NCBI GenBank assembly: GCA_965243615.1
Contig: CBDEVO010000003.1
Location: forward strand, 3,674,471-3,738,470
Source of the DNA: Vicinamibacterales bacterium
GTDB taxonomy: Bacteria; Acidobacteriota; Vicinamibacteria; Vicinamibacterales; UBA8438
DNA: 64,000 nucleotides
Direction of reading: 5' to 3'
Part shown: piece after piece, positions 22,507-31,140 of the stretch
Layout: every line of letters begins with the position of its first letter
Numbering within the stretch: position 1 is the stretch's first letter
The notes under the pieces: generated by a model
Told to the model about the DNA's origin: nothing
The model's input: only the letters and a program-made list of their open reading frames with translations
The model's database searches: none
Position numbers and translations under genes: made by a program

Positions 22507-23723
22507 GCATCGCGTCGATCGCGGAACGGGTGCGCGAGGGCCGCCGGATCGACGGCCGCGAGGCGTTGCGGCTCTACACCGGCGCGTCGACGGCGCTGCT
22601 CGGGCGCCTCGCCGACGGCATCCGGGCCCGCAAGCACCCCTCCGGGGTGGTGACCTACATCATCGACCGGAACGTGAACTACACGAACGTGTGCGTGGCC
22701 CGGTGCAATTTCTGCGCGTTCTATCGCCCCGTGGGGTCCTCCGAGGGCTACGTGCTGGGCTTCGACGAGCTGTTCCGAAAGATCGACGAGACCCGCGCGG
22801 TCGGGGGAGAGCAGCTCCTGCTGCAGGGCGGGCACAACCCCGATCTGCCCCTCGAGTGGTACGAGGACCTGTTCTCGGCGGTCAAGGCCCGCTATCCCGA
22901 CTTCAGGCTCCACGCCCTGTCCCCGCCCGAGATCCTGCACCTGTCGAGGCTCTCGCAGGAGCCGGTGGCGGAGGTGGTCCGCCGGCTCGTGGCGGCCGGG
23001 CTCGACAGCGTTCCCGGCGGGGGCGCGGAGATTCTCGTGGACCGGGTGCGCCGCGAGCTGAACTGCTACTCCAAGGCCACCGCCGACGAGTGGCTCTCGG
23101 TGATGCGCCGCGTGCACGAGGCCGGCCTGCGATCGACCGCGACGATGATGTACGGCAGCGTCGACACCCCCGCCGAGCGGGTCGAGCACCTGTGCCGCCT
23201 GCGGGAGCTGCAGGACGAGACCGGCGGGTTCACCGCCTTCATCACCTGGAGCTATCAGCCCGCCAACACCGAGCTGTCCGGCGTCGAGGCGACGGGCATC
23301 GATTACCTGCGGACCCTCGCGCTCTCGCGCATCGTCCTCGACAACTTCGACAACCTGCAGGCGTCCTGGGTCACGCAGGGCGGCAAGGTGGGCCAGTTGA
23401 GCCTCGCCTTCGGGGCCAACGACATGGGCAGCGTGATGATCGAGGAGAACGTGGTCCGCGCCGCCGGGGCCGAGTACTGCATGGACGAGGCCGAGATCGT
23501 GCGGAACGTCGAGGACGCCGGCTTCGTGCCGAAGCGGCGCAACATGACCTACGACATCCTCGGCGACCCTCTCTGCCGCCGCCGGACGATACCCCGGCGC
23601 ACGACGCTCGCGGTGGCCCGCGCGGCCGGCGACACCACGGTGCCCGACGAGCTCTCCCAGTACCCCGCGCGCAGCCGGCCCGGCAAGGAGCAGCGTGCGG
23701 CGTCCGGCCCGCGGCCGGCCTGA
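22503..23723 (+). CDS. Radical SAM menaquinone-biosynthesis enzyme, MqnC/MqnE (CofH-like) family
   Basis: NYTNVCVARCNFCAFY cluster motif, LLLQGGHNPDLP, FITWSYQP.NT, ASWVTQG. I cannot separate MqnC from MqnE by eye. Confidence 0.85.
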   Translation: MSIASIAERVREGRRIDGREALRLYTGASTALLGRLADGIRARKHPSGVVTYIIDRNVNYTNVCVARCNFCAFYRPVGSSEGYVLGFDELFRKIDETRAVGGEQLLLQGGHNPDLPLEWYEDLFSAVKARYPDFRLHALSPPEILHLSRLSQEPVAEVVRRLVAAGLDSVPGGGAEILVDRVRRELNCYSKATADEWLSVMRRVHEAGLRSTATMMYGSVDTPAERVEHLCRLRELQDETGGFTAFITWSYQPANTELSGVEATGIDYLRTLALSRIVLDNFDNLQASWVTQGGKVGQLSLAFGANDMGSVMIEENVVRAAGAEYCMDEAEIVRNVEDAGFVPKRRNMTYDILGDPLCRRRTIPRRTTLAVARAAGDTTVPDELSQYPARSRPGKEQRAASGPRPA

Positions 23724-23746
23724 CCCGCGCCGCGTCGCGCCGCCGC

Positions 23747-24955
23747 ATGAAGCGCTACGTCGCCGACTGGGTGCTGCCGATCGTGGCGCCGCCGCTGCGC
23801 CGGGGTCGGGTCGACGTGCGCGACGGCCGCATCGCGGGGGTCGGGGCGGCTGACGGCGCGGCGCCGGGGCCGGTCGTCGACCTGGGGTGCGTCGCGCTCC
23901 TGCCGGCCCTGGTCAACGCCCACACGCACCTGGAGCTGTCGGGGTTGCGGGGCGCGGTGCACCCGGCCGCGTCGATGCCCCAGTGGGTCGACCGCCTCCT
24001 CGAGCGCCGGGCGCAAGCGGGGGCGCCGGACCCGGAGGCAATCCGCGGGGCCGTCGCCGAGGCGCGGGCGACGGGCACGGGGCTGCTGGGGGACATCGGC
24101 AACACCACGGCGGCGGCGCCGATCCTGGCCGAGGCGGGCATGCCGGCGCGCCTCTTCAGGGAGGTCGTCGCGTTCCCCGACGCCGGGGCGGACGTCGCCG
24201 TGGACGCGGCGGCGGCCGACCTCGCCCCGCTCGCGACGGCCGGCGGGCTGCGGGTGGGGCTGGCCGCGCACGCCCCCTACTCGGTCGGTCCCGCGGCGTT
24301 CGCGGCCCTCGACGCGGCGGCCCGGCGGCGCTTCGGCGGGCCCCGGTCCATTCACCTCGGGGAGTCCCCGGAGGAGATCGAGTTCCTGCGCACCGGGCGC
24401 GGCCCCTGGCGCCGGCTCCTCGAGCGGATCGGGCGCTGGGAGCCGGCCTGGACGCCGCCGCGGTGCGGGCCGGTGGAGTACCTCGACCGGCTGGGCTGGC
24501 TGCGCGAGGGGCTGGTGGCGGTCCACGGCGTGCAGTTGACGGACGCCGAGCTGCGGCGGTTGGCCGAACGGGGCGCGTTCCTGGTGACCTGCCCGCGCAG
24601 CAACGCCTGGACCGGGGTCGGCCATCCCCCGATCGAGCGGTTCCTGCGGGCGGGGGTGCGGCTCGCGGTCGGCACCGACAGCCTCGCCAGCGTCCCCGAC
24701 CTCAACCTGTTCAGCGAGCTCGCCCTGATGCGGCGCCTCGCCCCCTCGGCGCCGGCCCGCCGACTGCTGGCGTGCGCGACGCTTCGCGGGGCCGAGGCGC
24801 TCGGGTTCGACGACGAGCTCGGGGCCGTCGCGCCCGGCCTCCGCGCCGACCTCATCGGGGTGCGCATTCCCCCCGGCGTGGGCGATGTGGAAGAATATCT
24901 CCTGGGCGGGGTCACGCCGGACCGCGTCGTGCGGCTCGAGAGCCTCGCCCGCTGA
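23747..24955 (+). CDS. Amidohydrolase-superfamily protein, candidate aminodeoxyfutalosine deaminase
   Basis: LPALVNAHTHLELS (HxH metal site), HLGES.EE.EFL, VHGV.L.D.E...L, GTDSLAS. The specific function is inferred from mqn context only. Confidence 0.65.
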   Translation: MKRYVADWVLPIVAPPLRRGRVDVRDGRIAGVGAADGAAPGPVVDLGCVALLPALVNAHTHLELSGLRGAVHPAASMPQWVDRLLERRAQAGAPDPEAIRGAVAEARATGTGLLGDIGNTTAAAPILAEAGMPARLFREVVAFPDAGADVAVDAAAADLAPLATAGGLRVGLAAHAPYSVGPAAFAALDAAARRRFGGPRSIHLGESPEEIEFLRTGRGPWRRLLERIGRWEPAWTPPRCGPVEYLDRLGWLREGLVAVHGVQLTDAELRRLAERGAFLVTCPRSNAWTGVGHPPIERFLRAGVRLAVGTDSLASVPDLNLFSELALMRRLAPSAPARRLLACATLRGAEALGFDDELGAVAPGLRADLIGVRIPPGVGDVEEYLLGGVTPDRVVRLESLAR

Positions 24956-25005
24956 CGGCGCCCGTCGCGCGTCCGGCAGGCGCCCCCGCATCCAGGCGGC
25001 CCGAC

Positions 25006-25872
25006 ATGACGGCTTCGGCTATCCGCTACGTCCGATCGTGCTTCTCGCTGGTGCGGTTCGGCCACTCGGTCTTCGCGATCCCGTTCGCCCTCGTCGGCGC
25101 CCTCCTCGCGGCGGAGCAGCATCCGTTGACGCTCGCCCGCATCGGCTGGATCGTCGCGGCGATGGTGACCGCCCGCACCGCCGCGATGGGGTTCAACCGG
25201 CTGGTCGACGCGCGCTACGACGCCCTCAACCCCAGGACCGCCGGCCGCGAGCTGCCGCGCGGGGCGCTCTCGCGGGGGGACGCGATCGGGCTGGTGACCC
25301 TGTCCTCGCTGGCCTTCGTCCTCGTGACGACGCAGCTCGGGTGGGTCTGCCTGGTGCTGTCCCCGCTGGCCCTCGCCATCGTGTTCTGGTACTCGCTGGC
25401 GAAACGGTTCACGACGTGGACCCAGATGTACCTCGGGTTGGCCCTCGCCGTCGCCCCCGTCGGGGGCTGGCTGGCCGCGGGCGGCGGCGCCGGGTGGGAG
25501 CCTTGGCTGCTGGCCCTGGCCGTCGGCACGTGGGTGGCGGGGTTCGACATCCTGTACGCCTGCCAGGACCTGGATTTCGATCGGGCCCAGGGCCTGCGCT
25601 CGATTCCCGTCCGTTTCGGCGTCGGCCGGTCGCTGGTGATGGCGCGCTGGCTGCACGCGGGGACGGTCGCGGCGATGGCCGCGGTGGCCGTGGCCGCCCC
25701 CCTCGGCGCCTGGTACCTCGCGGGGGTCGGGGGGGTCGCGGCGCTGCTCGCGTGGGAGCAGTCGCTGGTGCGGGCCGACGACCTCTCGCGGGTGAAGCAG
25801 GCGTTCGACCTGAACGGGTACGTGGGTTTCTTCTACCTGGCCGCGACGGCCGTGGCCCTCCATGCCGGATGA
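25006..25872 (+). CDS. UbiA-family aromatic prenyltransferase (MqnP-like by context)
   Basis: About 8 TM helices; NRLVDARYDALNPRT (first Asp-rich motif); YACQDLDFDRAQGLRSIPV (second motif). Confidence 0.8.
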   Translation: MTASAIRYVRSCFSLVRFGHSVFAIPFALVGALLAAEQHPLTLARIGWIVAAMVTARTAAMGFNRLVDARYDALNPRTAGRELPRGALSRGDAIGLVTLSSLAFVLVTTQLGWVCLVLSPLALAIVFWYSLAKRFTTWTQMYLGLALAVAPVGGWLAAGGGAGWEPWLLALAVGTWVAGFDILYACQDLDFDRAQGLRSIPVRFGVGRSLVMARWLHAGTVAAMAAVAVAAPLGAWYLAGVGGVAALLAWEQSLVRADDLSRVKQAFDLNGYVGFFYLAATAVALHAG

Positions 25873-26476
25873 ACGCGGGCGCTGCGTCTCGGTGGGCATC
25901 ACCGGCGCGAGCGGGGCCCTGTACGCGGTGCGCACCGTCGCGGCCCTCCTCGCCGGCGGCTTCCGGGTCGAGCTGGTGGTCTCGGACTTCGGCCGGCGCC
26001 TGCTGCACGACGAGCTCGGCGAGGCCGCCTCGTGCGACCGGCTGATCGAGTACCTCACCGCCCGCTACGGCGACGACGTGCGGGCCGGCACCCTCGTCGT
26101 CCACAGCAACCGCAACCTCGGGGCGTCGATCGCCAGCGGCAGCTATGCCTGCGCGGGGATGGCCATCGTGCCCTGCTCCATGAAGACCCTGGCCGGGGTG
26201 GCGCACGGGCTGTCGCGGAGCCTCATCGAACGCGCCGCCGACGTCATGCTCAAGGAGCGCCGCCCCCTCGTGATCGTGCCCCGCGAGACGCCCATGAGCC
26301 TGCCGCAACTGCGCAACCTCGTGGCCTCGGCCGAGGCGGGGGCCACGGTGCTGCCCGCCATGCCGGCGTTCTACCAGGGCCCCCGGACCCTCGACGACCT
26401 CGCCGACTTCATGGCCGGGAAGATCCTCGACGCGCTGCGGGTCCCGCACGCCCTCTATCCTCCATGGACGGGATGA
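25862..26476 (+). CDS. ubiX: UbiX-family flavin prenyltransferase
   Basis: VGITGASGA.YAVR....L, GMAIVPCSMKTLAGVAHG.S..LI.RAADV.LKERR.LV.VPRETP. Confidence 0.85.
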   Translation: MPDERGRCVSVGITGASGALYAVRTVAALLAGGFRVELVVSDFGRRLLHDELGEAASCDRLIEYLTARYGDDVRAGTLVVHSNRNLGASIASGSYACAGMAIVPCSMKTLAGVAHGLSRSLIERAADVMLKERRPLVIVPRETPMSLPQLRNLVASAEAGATVLPAMPAFYQGPRTLDDLADFMAGKILDALRVPHALYPPWTG

Positions 26477-27234
26477 CGGGGGATCCGGCGCGCCGGCCTC
26501 CCGGGCACGGGGCCGCTCCCCTCGACAAGACCCCGGGGCGCATCGCGGGGATGTTCGACGCCATCGCCCACCGCTACGACCGCCTGAACCACGTGCTCAG
26601 CGCGGGGCTCGACCGGCGGTGGCGGCGGCAGGCGGTGGCGGCGGTCGGGGCGCCGGCCGGCGCCCGGTTCATCGACGTGTGCACGGGCACCGCGGACCTC
26701 GCGATCGCCGCGTGCCGCGGGGACGCGCCGGCCGGGGCGGTCCTCGGCGTCGACTTCGCGGGGGCGATGCTGGACATCGGGCTGCGCAAGGTGCGGGCGT
26801 CCGGGCTCGGCGGACGGGTGCGGCTGGTCCGGGGCGACGCCTGCCGGCTGCCGTGCGGGCCGGCGACGATGGACGCGGCGACCATCGGGTTCGGCATCCG
26901 GAACGTGGTCGATCCGGTGCAGGCGGTCCGGGAGATCGCCCGCGTCCTCAAGCCGGGCGGCCGACTGGCCATCCTGGAGTTCGGAGAGCCGCGCCTGCCG
27001 TTGTTTCGGGGGGCGTACCTGTGGTACTTCCGGCACGTGCTGCCCCGCGTCGGGCGGTGGCTGTCCCGGCACGCCGACGCGTACGCCTACCTGCCCGCCT
27101 CGGTCCACGCCTTCCTCGGGCCGGACGCGCTGGCGGCGGTGCTGCGAGAGTGCGGGTTCGACGAGGTCCGCGTCGACCGCCTCGCCCTCGGCATCGTCTG
27201 TCTCTACGTGGCCCGGAGGCGGCCGGGACCCTGA
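26464..27234 (+). CDS. ubiE: Demethylmenaquinone/ubiquinone C-methyltransferase (UbiE/MenG)
   Basis: FD.IA.RYD.LN..LS.G.DR.WR, DVCTGTADLA (SAM motif I), FGIRNV.D, VLKPGGRL.ILEF. Alternative ATG 26473 forms ATGA with the ubiX stop. Confidence 0.85.
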   Translation: MDGMTGDPARRPPGHGAAPLDKTPGRIAGMFDAIAHRYDRLNHVLSAGLDRRWRRQAVAAVGAPAGARFIDVCTGTADLAIAACRGDAPAGAVLGVDFAGAMLDIGLRKVRASGLGGRVRLVRGDACRLPCGPATMDAATIGFGIRNVVDPVQAVREIARVLKPGGRLAILEFGEPRLPLFRGAYLWYFRHVLPRVGRWLSRHADAYAYLPASVHAFLGPDALAAVLRECGFDEVRVDRLALGIVCLYVARRRPGP

Positions 27235-27288
27235 AGAGCGGTCGCACGACGCCGGGTTGCACCTGGGCCGCCGGTGGAACGCGGCGGG

Positions 27289-27297
27289 CCTCTGTCG
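27289..27297. repeat. Left 9-bp target-site duplication CCTCTGTCG
   Basis: An identical 9-mer recurs at 28958-28966, immediately outside the right inverted repeat. Confidence 0.8.
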
Positions 27298-27315
27298 GGG
27301 TGCACGTCAAGAAAG

Positions 27316-27612
27316 TTGGGGATTGCGGTTGGGGTATTGAGCGAGCACGGATCGACCGATGGCTCGGGTGGGAGGATTCAGACCTTGCCCGAGGCGCAGT
27401 TGACTGAACCGCTCGATCACGCGGCCAAAAAAAAGGGCGTCCGGGAGCTGTTCGCCGCGTTGGAGGCGGCGGTCAAGGCCGATGTGGACGCGTTTCACCG
27501 ACGAGGAGACGCGAATGCCCAGGACTTCGAAACCCTCTTGCAGACGGTTCACCGTCGAGCGCTCGCCACGGCGAGCCAAGCCGCCAAGCTGGTTGGCGCG
27601 CAGCGTTCGTAG
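27316..27612 (+). CDS. Transposase N-terminal ORF (orfA-like fragment, frame +1)
   Basis: Frame-1 reading ..LPEAQLTEPLDHAAKKKGVRELFAALEAAVKADVDAFHRRGDANAQDFETLLQTVHRRALATASQAAKLV.. ends at TAG 27610-27612. The only in-element starts are TTG 27316 and 27337. The track's ATG 27274 lies outside the IS. Confidence 0.4.
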   Translation: MGIAVGVLSEHGSTDGSGGRIQTLPEAQLTEPLDHAAKKKGVRELFAALEAAVKADVDAFHRRGDANAQDFETLLQTVHRRALATASQAAKLVGAQRS

Positions 27613-27728
27613 CCGCGCTCGCGGCTGAAATCGATGCCCTCATCGGGCCGGGGAACGTCGACGCGCAGGACTTCGAGGCCCTCGAGCAGGCGCTCCGTCG
27701 CCAAGCCCTCGGCCTCGCCGCTGAGGCG

Positions 27729-28928
27729 ATGGCGGAGTACTACGACGCCGACGATTCTGACCATTCGGGTTCGACGATAGCGTGCGCCTGCGGCCAGACG
27801 GCGCACTACGCCGGCCGCCGCCCGAAGACCTTCACCACGCTGTTGGGACCGCTGACCCTGCACCGCGCCTACTACCACTGCGCCGCCTGCCGCCGGGGAA
27901 CCTGTCCCCGCGACCGGGCCCTGGGCCTGCAGGACACCTCGCTGTCGCCCGCCACGACGCGGCTGGTGGGCTTGGCGGCGACGAGCGTCAGCTTCGCCGA
28001 AGCGAGCGAGTGGATGGGGGAACTGGCCGGCGTGGCGGTTGACCCCAAACAGGTCGAGCGCACCGCCGAAGCGCTGGGCCGCGAGGTCGCCGACGACGAA
28101 CGCAAGCGGGTCGAGCCCGCACCCGCTACGGCGCCGACGATGTATGTGGGGCTGGACGGCACCGGCGTGCCGGTGCGCAAGTCCGAGGTGGAAGGCCGGC
28201 GCGGCAAGCAGCCCGACGGCTCCGCCAAGACCCGCGAAGTCAAGCTCGTCACCGTGTGGACGGCGGAAACACGCACCGCCGACGGCCTCCCCGAACGCGA
28301 CCCCGGGTCGGTCAGCTACAGCGCCGCGGTCGAGAGCGCGGCCAGCCGCGACACCGACCCGCAGCCGGCCGCCTTCCCGCAACGCGCCCATCGAGAGGCG
28401 CAACGGCGCGGCTTCGTCACCGCCGCCCGACAGGTCGTCATCGGCGACGGCGCCCCCTGGATCTGGAACGTGGCCGGCGAGCATTTTCCCGACGCCATCC
28501 AAATCGTCGACATCTACCACGCCAAGGGTCATCTGTGCGATGTCGCCAAGGCCGTCTACGGCCCCGGCACGGACTTGGCCGACCGGTGGGGCAAGGCCCG
28601 GCGGGACGAGTTGGACGCGGGGCGGATCGATGCGATCCTGGCCGAACTGCACGCTCACAGCGAGAAGTGCGAGGAGGCCCGCAAGTGCATCGACTACCTG
28701 ACCCGCAACCGCCATCGGATGCGCTATCCGGAGTTCCGAGCGGCGGGTTTCTGTGTGTCGTCGGGTGTCGTCGAGGCCGGCTGCAAGCTCGCCATCGGCG
28801 CTCGGCTCAAGCGCGCCGGCATGCACTGGACCGTGGCCGGCGCCAACGCCATCATCGCCCTGCGGTGCTGCAAGCTCAGTGGCCGCTTCGAGGACTTCTG
28901 GGAACGACGAGCCGGCAGGGCCGCCTGA
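27729..28928 (+). CDS. DDE transposase catalytic ORF (ISKra4-like), apparently lacking its natural N-terminus
   Basis: C.CG....Y.GRR.K.F.T.LG...L.RAYYHC..C..G..P.D, YVGLDGTGVP, VIGDGAPWIWN, IVDIYHAKGHL, SSGVVEAGCK...G.RLKRAGMHWT..GANAIIALRC. Frame 0 is open upstream to 27408 but has no ATG/GTG/TTG before 27729. Confidence 0.8.
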   Translation: MAEYYDADDSDHSGSTIACACGQTAHYAGRRPKTFTTLLGPLTLHRAYYHCAACRRGTCPRDRALGLQDTSLSPATTRLVGLAATSVSFAEASEWMGELAGVAVDPKQVERTAEALGREVADDERKRVEPAPATAPTMYVGLDGTGVPVRKSEVEGRRGKQPDGSAKTREVKLVTVWTAETRTADGLPERDPGSVSYSAAVESAASRDTDPQPAAFPQRAHREAQRRGFVTAARQVVIGDGAPWIWNVAGEHFPDAIQIVDIYHAKGHLCDVAKAVYGPGTDLADRWGKARRDELDAGRIDAILAELHAHSEKCEEARKCIDYLTRNRHRMRYPEFRAAGFCVSSGVVEAGCKLAIGARLKRAGMHWTVAGANAIIALRCCKLSGRFEDFWERRAGRAA

Positions 28929-28957
28929 CAGCCCTCTCACGAATCTGACGTGCACCC

Positions 28958-28966
28958 CCTCTGTCG
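28958..28966. repeat. Right 9-bp target-site duplication CCTCTGTCG
   Basis: Direct repeat of 27289-27297. Confidence 0.8.
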
Positions 28967-29011
28967 CGGAGTGTTGAGGGCGGGGTATACTGGGAATCAC
29001 GCTCCCGGCCC

Positions 29012-30055
29012 ATGTACTTCGACTTCGAGAGCCGCCGCTTCGAGACGCCGACCGTCGAGTCGGCGATGTCCTACCGCGAGTGTGCTCTCCTTTCCTTCTT
29101 CACCCACCTGGTGATCGCGCTGCTGGTGCTCCTGGGGCCACGCCTGCCGTTCGTGCAGGAGGCGATGGAGCGCCGCGCCCAAAGGCTGGCGGAGCTGGCG
29201 GAGCTGGCGGCGGCCGAACAGCTGGCCTTGCGGCAGGTCCCGGACGACGCGCCGCGGTTCATCTTCGTCGACACCCTGGTGGACCTGCCGGCGTCCGCGC
29301 CCCCGCTCCTGGCGGACCTGTCGGACCAGGACCGCGTCGCCCAGTCGCCGACCCAGGCCGAGGACCCGCTGAACGACCTCCCCAACGCCGAGGGGAACAC
29401 GTTCGAGTTCGTGCAGACACCGGACCCTGCCGACGGGCTCGACCCGCTGACCTCGCCCGGTGACGATCCGGAGGCGATCGAGGCGGCCCTGGAAGAGGTG
29501 TCCGACGGGTTCGAGGACGGCGCGCCGGAGGAGTCCGGGGACGGCGCAGAGGCGGAGCCTGGGGAAGGAGAAGGCGAGTCCCCGCCGCTGCTGGCCGAGC
29601 GCCTTTCGCGGCCGCGTCCCCTCGGCGATCGGCAGGGGACGATTCTGAACCGGGCGTTGCGAGGTCTCGACAGCGTCGCGCGCAACCGGCAGTACTACAA
29701 TCTGCGCGGCCGTACCGACGAGTACGGCCCCGACATCCAGTTCGATTCGAAGGGGGTCGACTTCGGCTCCTGGCTCGCGCGGTTCCGTTCCCAGATCTAT
29801 CGCAACTGGTTCATTCCCTACGCGGCGATGTCGATGTCGGGGAACGTCGTCCTGACCTTCAACGTCCACATGGACGGGACGTTGACGGACCTCGCGGTCG
29901 AGCGGCCGTCCACCGTCGACGCGTTCACCAACTCCGCCTACAACGCGATTCGCGGATCGAACCCGACCTACCCCTTGCCCCCGGAGTATCCTGACGACAG
30001 CGTCTTCTTCACGGTGACGTTCTACTTCAACGAGCGGCCGCCGCCGCACCCCTGA
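29012..30055 (+). CDS. TonB-family energy transducer-like protein
   Basis: N-terminal TM (LLSFFTHLVIALLVLLG), acidic/Pro-rich linker, C-terminal TonB_C-like domain (GNVVLTFNVHMDGTLTDLAVERPSTVDAFTNSAYNAIR...P.PPEYP). Confidence 0.65.
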   Translation: MYFDFESRRFETPTVESAMSYRECALLSFFTHLVIALLVLLGPRLPFVQEAMERRAQRLAELAELAAAEQLALRQVPDDAPRFIFVDTLVDLPASAPPLLADLSDQDRVAQSPTQAEDPLNDLPNAEGNTFEFVQTPDPADGLDPLTSPGDDPEAIEAALEEVSDGFEDGAPEESGDGAEAEPGEGEGESPPLLAERLSRPRPLGDRQGTILNRALRGLDSVARNRQYYNLRGRTDEYGPDIQFDSKGVDFGSWLARFRSQIYRNWFIPYAAMSMSGNVVLTFNVHMDGTLTDLAVERPSTVDAFTNSAYNAIRGSNPTYPLPPEYPDDSVFFTVTFYFNERPPPHP

Positions 30056-30062
30056 TTCCGGC

Positions 30063-30152
30063 ATGAACGAGCCGCCGCGACTGACGGACCGCCAGCAGCT
30101 CGGTCTCCTGATCTTGTTGACGGTGGTGCTGGTGATGGCGCTCCTGGGGTGA
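30063..30152 (+). CDS. Possible 29-aa single-TM micro-ORF (MNEPPRLTDRQQLGLLILLTVVLVMALLG)
   Basis: Exactly fills the gap between the tonB-like stop (30055) and the miaA GTG (30154). No clear Shine-Dalgarno; below the ORF-track size cutoff. Confidence 0.25.
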   Translation: MNEPPRLTDRQQLGLLILLTVVLVMALLG

Positions 30153-30153
30153 C

Positions 30154-31140
30154 GTGCGATCGCCCATCCGCCCGCGGGACCCGGACGGGCGACCGGTGCT
30201 GCTGGCCGTCGTCGGACCGACGGCGACGGGCAAGAGCTCGCTCGCGATGGCGGTCGCGGCGCGGTTCGGCGGCGAGGTCCTGGGATGCGACTCGACGGCG
30301 GTCTACCGCGGATTCGACATCGGGACCGACAAGGTCCCCCCGGGCCGGCAGCGGGGGATTCCGCACCATCTGATCGACGTCGTCGAGCCCGTCGAGGTGT
30401 ACTCGGCGGCGCGGTACGGCCGGGACGCGGCCCGGGTGGTGCGCGAAGTGACGGGGAGGGGCCGGCTGCCGATAGTGGCGGGCGGCACCGGCCTCTACTA
30501 CCGGGCCCTGACGCGGGGGCTGTTCGAGGGCCCGGGGCGCGACGCCGGGCTTCGGACGCGGCTGGAGCGGGTGGCCCGCGGCCGGGGCCGCGGCACCCTC
30601 CATCGGCTGCTCGCGCGTCACGATCCGGCGTCGGCCCGGCGGGTCCATCCCGCCGACGAGAAGCGGCTGATCCGGGCGCTGGAGGTGTTCCTGCTGACCG
30701 GCCGGACCCTGACCGACCACTTCGCCGGGACGCGTTCTCCGATCGCGGGACATGCCGTGCTCACGGTGGGCCTGCGGCTGCCCATGGACCAACTGGAGGC
30801 GCGCATCGCCGACCGGGTCGACCGGCAGTTGGCCGGCGGTTTGCTTGACGAGGTTCGGGGCCTGCTCGCGCGGGGCGTGCCCGGGGCCGCGGGGCCGTTC
30901 GGCGGGCTCGTGTACCGCCAGGCCCTCGAGCACCTTCGCGGTGAGCGCGACTTGCGCGGCACCCGGGACCTCATCGTCCGCGAGAACCGGCGCTACGCCC
31001 GCCGGCAGTTGACCTGGTTCAAGAGCGAGCCGGGTGTGCACTGGCTGGGGACGCCGGGTGAGCATCCCGCGGCGTGCGACGCGGCCGCCGAGCTGCTCGA
31101 CGCCGTCATCCGCGACGGGACGGGGCGCGTGCTCTCATGA
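30154..31140 (+). CDS. miaA: tRNA dimethylallyltransferase
   Basis: P-loop VVGPTATGKSSLA, DS..VYRG.DIGT.K, HHLID; GTG start. Confidence 0.9.
   Translation: MRSPIRPRDPDGRPVLLAVVGPTATGKSSLAMAVAARFGGEVLGCDSTAVYRGFDIGTDKVPPGRQRGIPHHLIDVVEPVEVYSAARYGRDAARVVREVTGRGRLPIVAGGTGLYYRALTRGLFEGPGRDAGLRTRLERVARGRGRGTLHRLLARHDPASARRVHPADEKRLIRALEVFLLTGRTLTDHFAGTRSPIAGHAVLTVGLRLPMDQLEARIADRVDRQLAGGLLDEVRGLLARGVPGAAGPFGGLVYRQALEHLRGERDLRGTRDLIVRENRRYARRQLTWFKSEPGVHWLGTPGEHPAACDAAAELLDAVIRDGTGRVLS

Larger units (their letters stand above)
27298..28957 (+). mobile_element. 1660-bp insertion sequence (ISKra4-like DDE transposase, family call tentative)
   Basis: Perfect 12-bp terminal inverted repeats: GGGTGCACGTCA (27298-27309) and TGACGTGCACCC (28946-28957). 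Flanked by 9-bp direct repeats; carries a transposase gene; inserted in the ubiE-tonB-like intergenic region; locally lower GC at the left end. Confidence 0.8.

Noticed and set aside
27274-27297. ATG 27274 as the start of the 112-aa ORF at the left end of the IS
   Set aside because: The ATG lies outside the left inverted repeat, inside flanking DNA and the target duplication. The apparent start is therefore a chance read-in, not the native transposase start.
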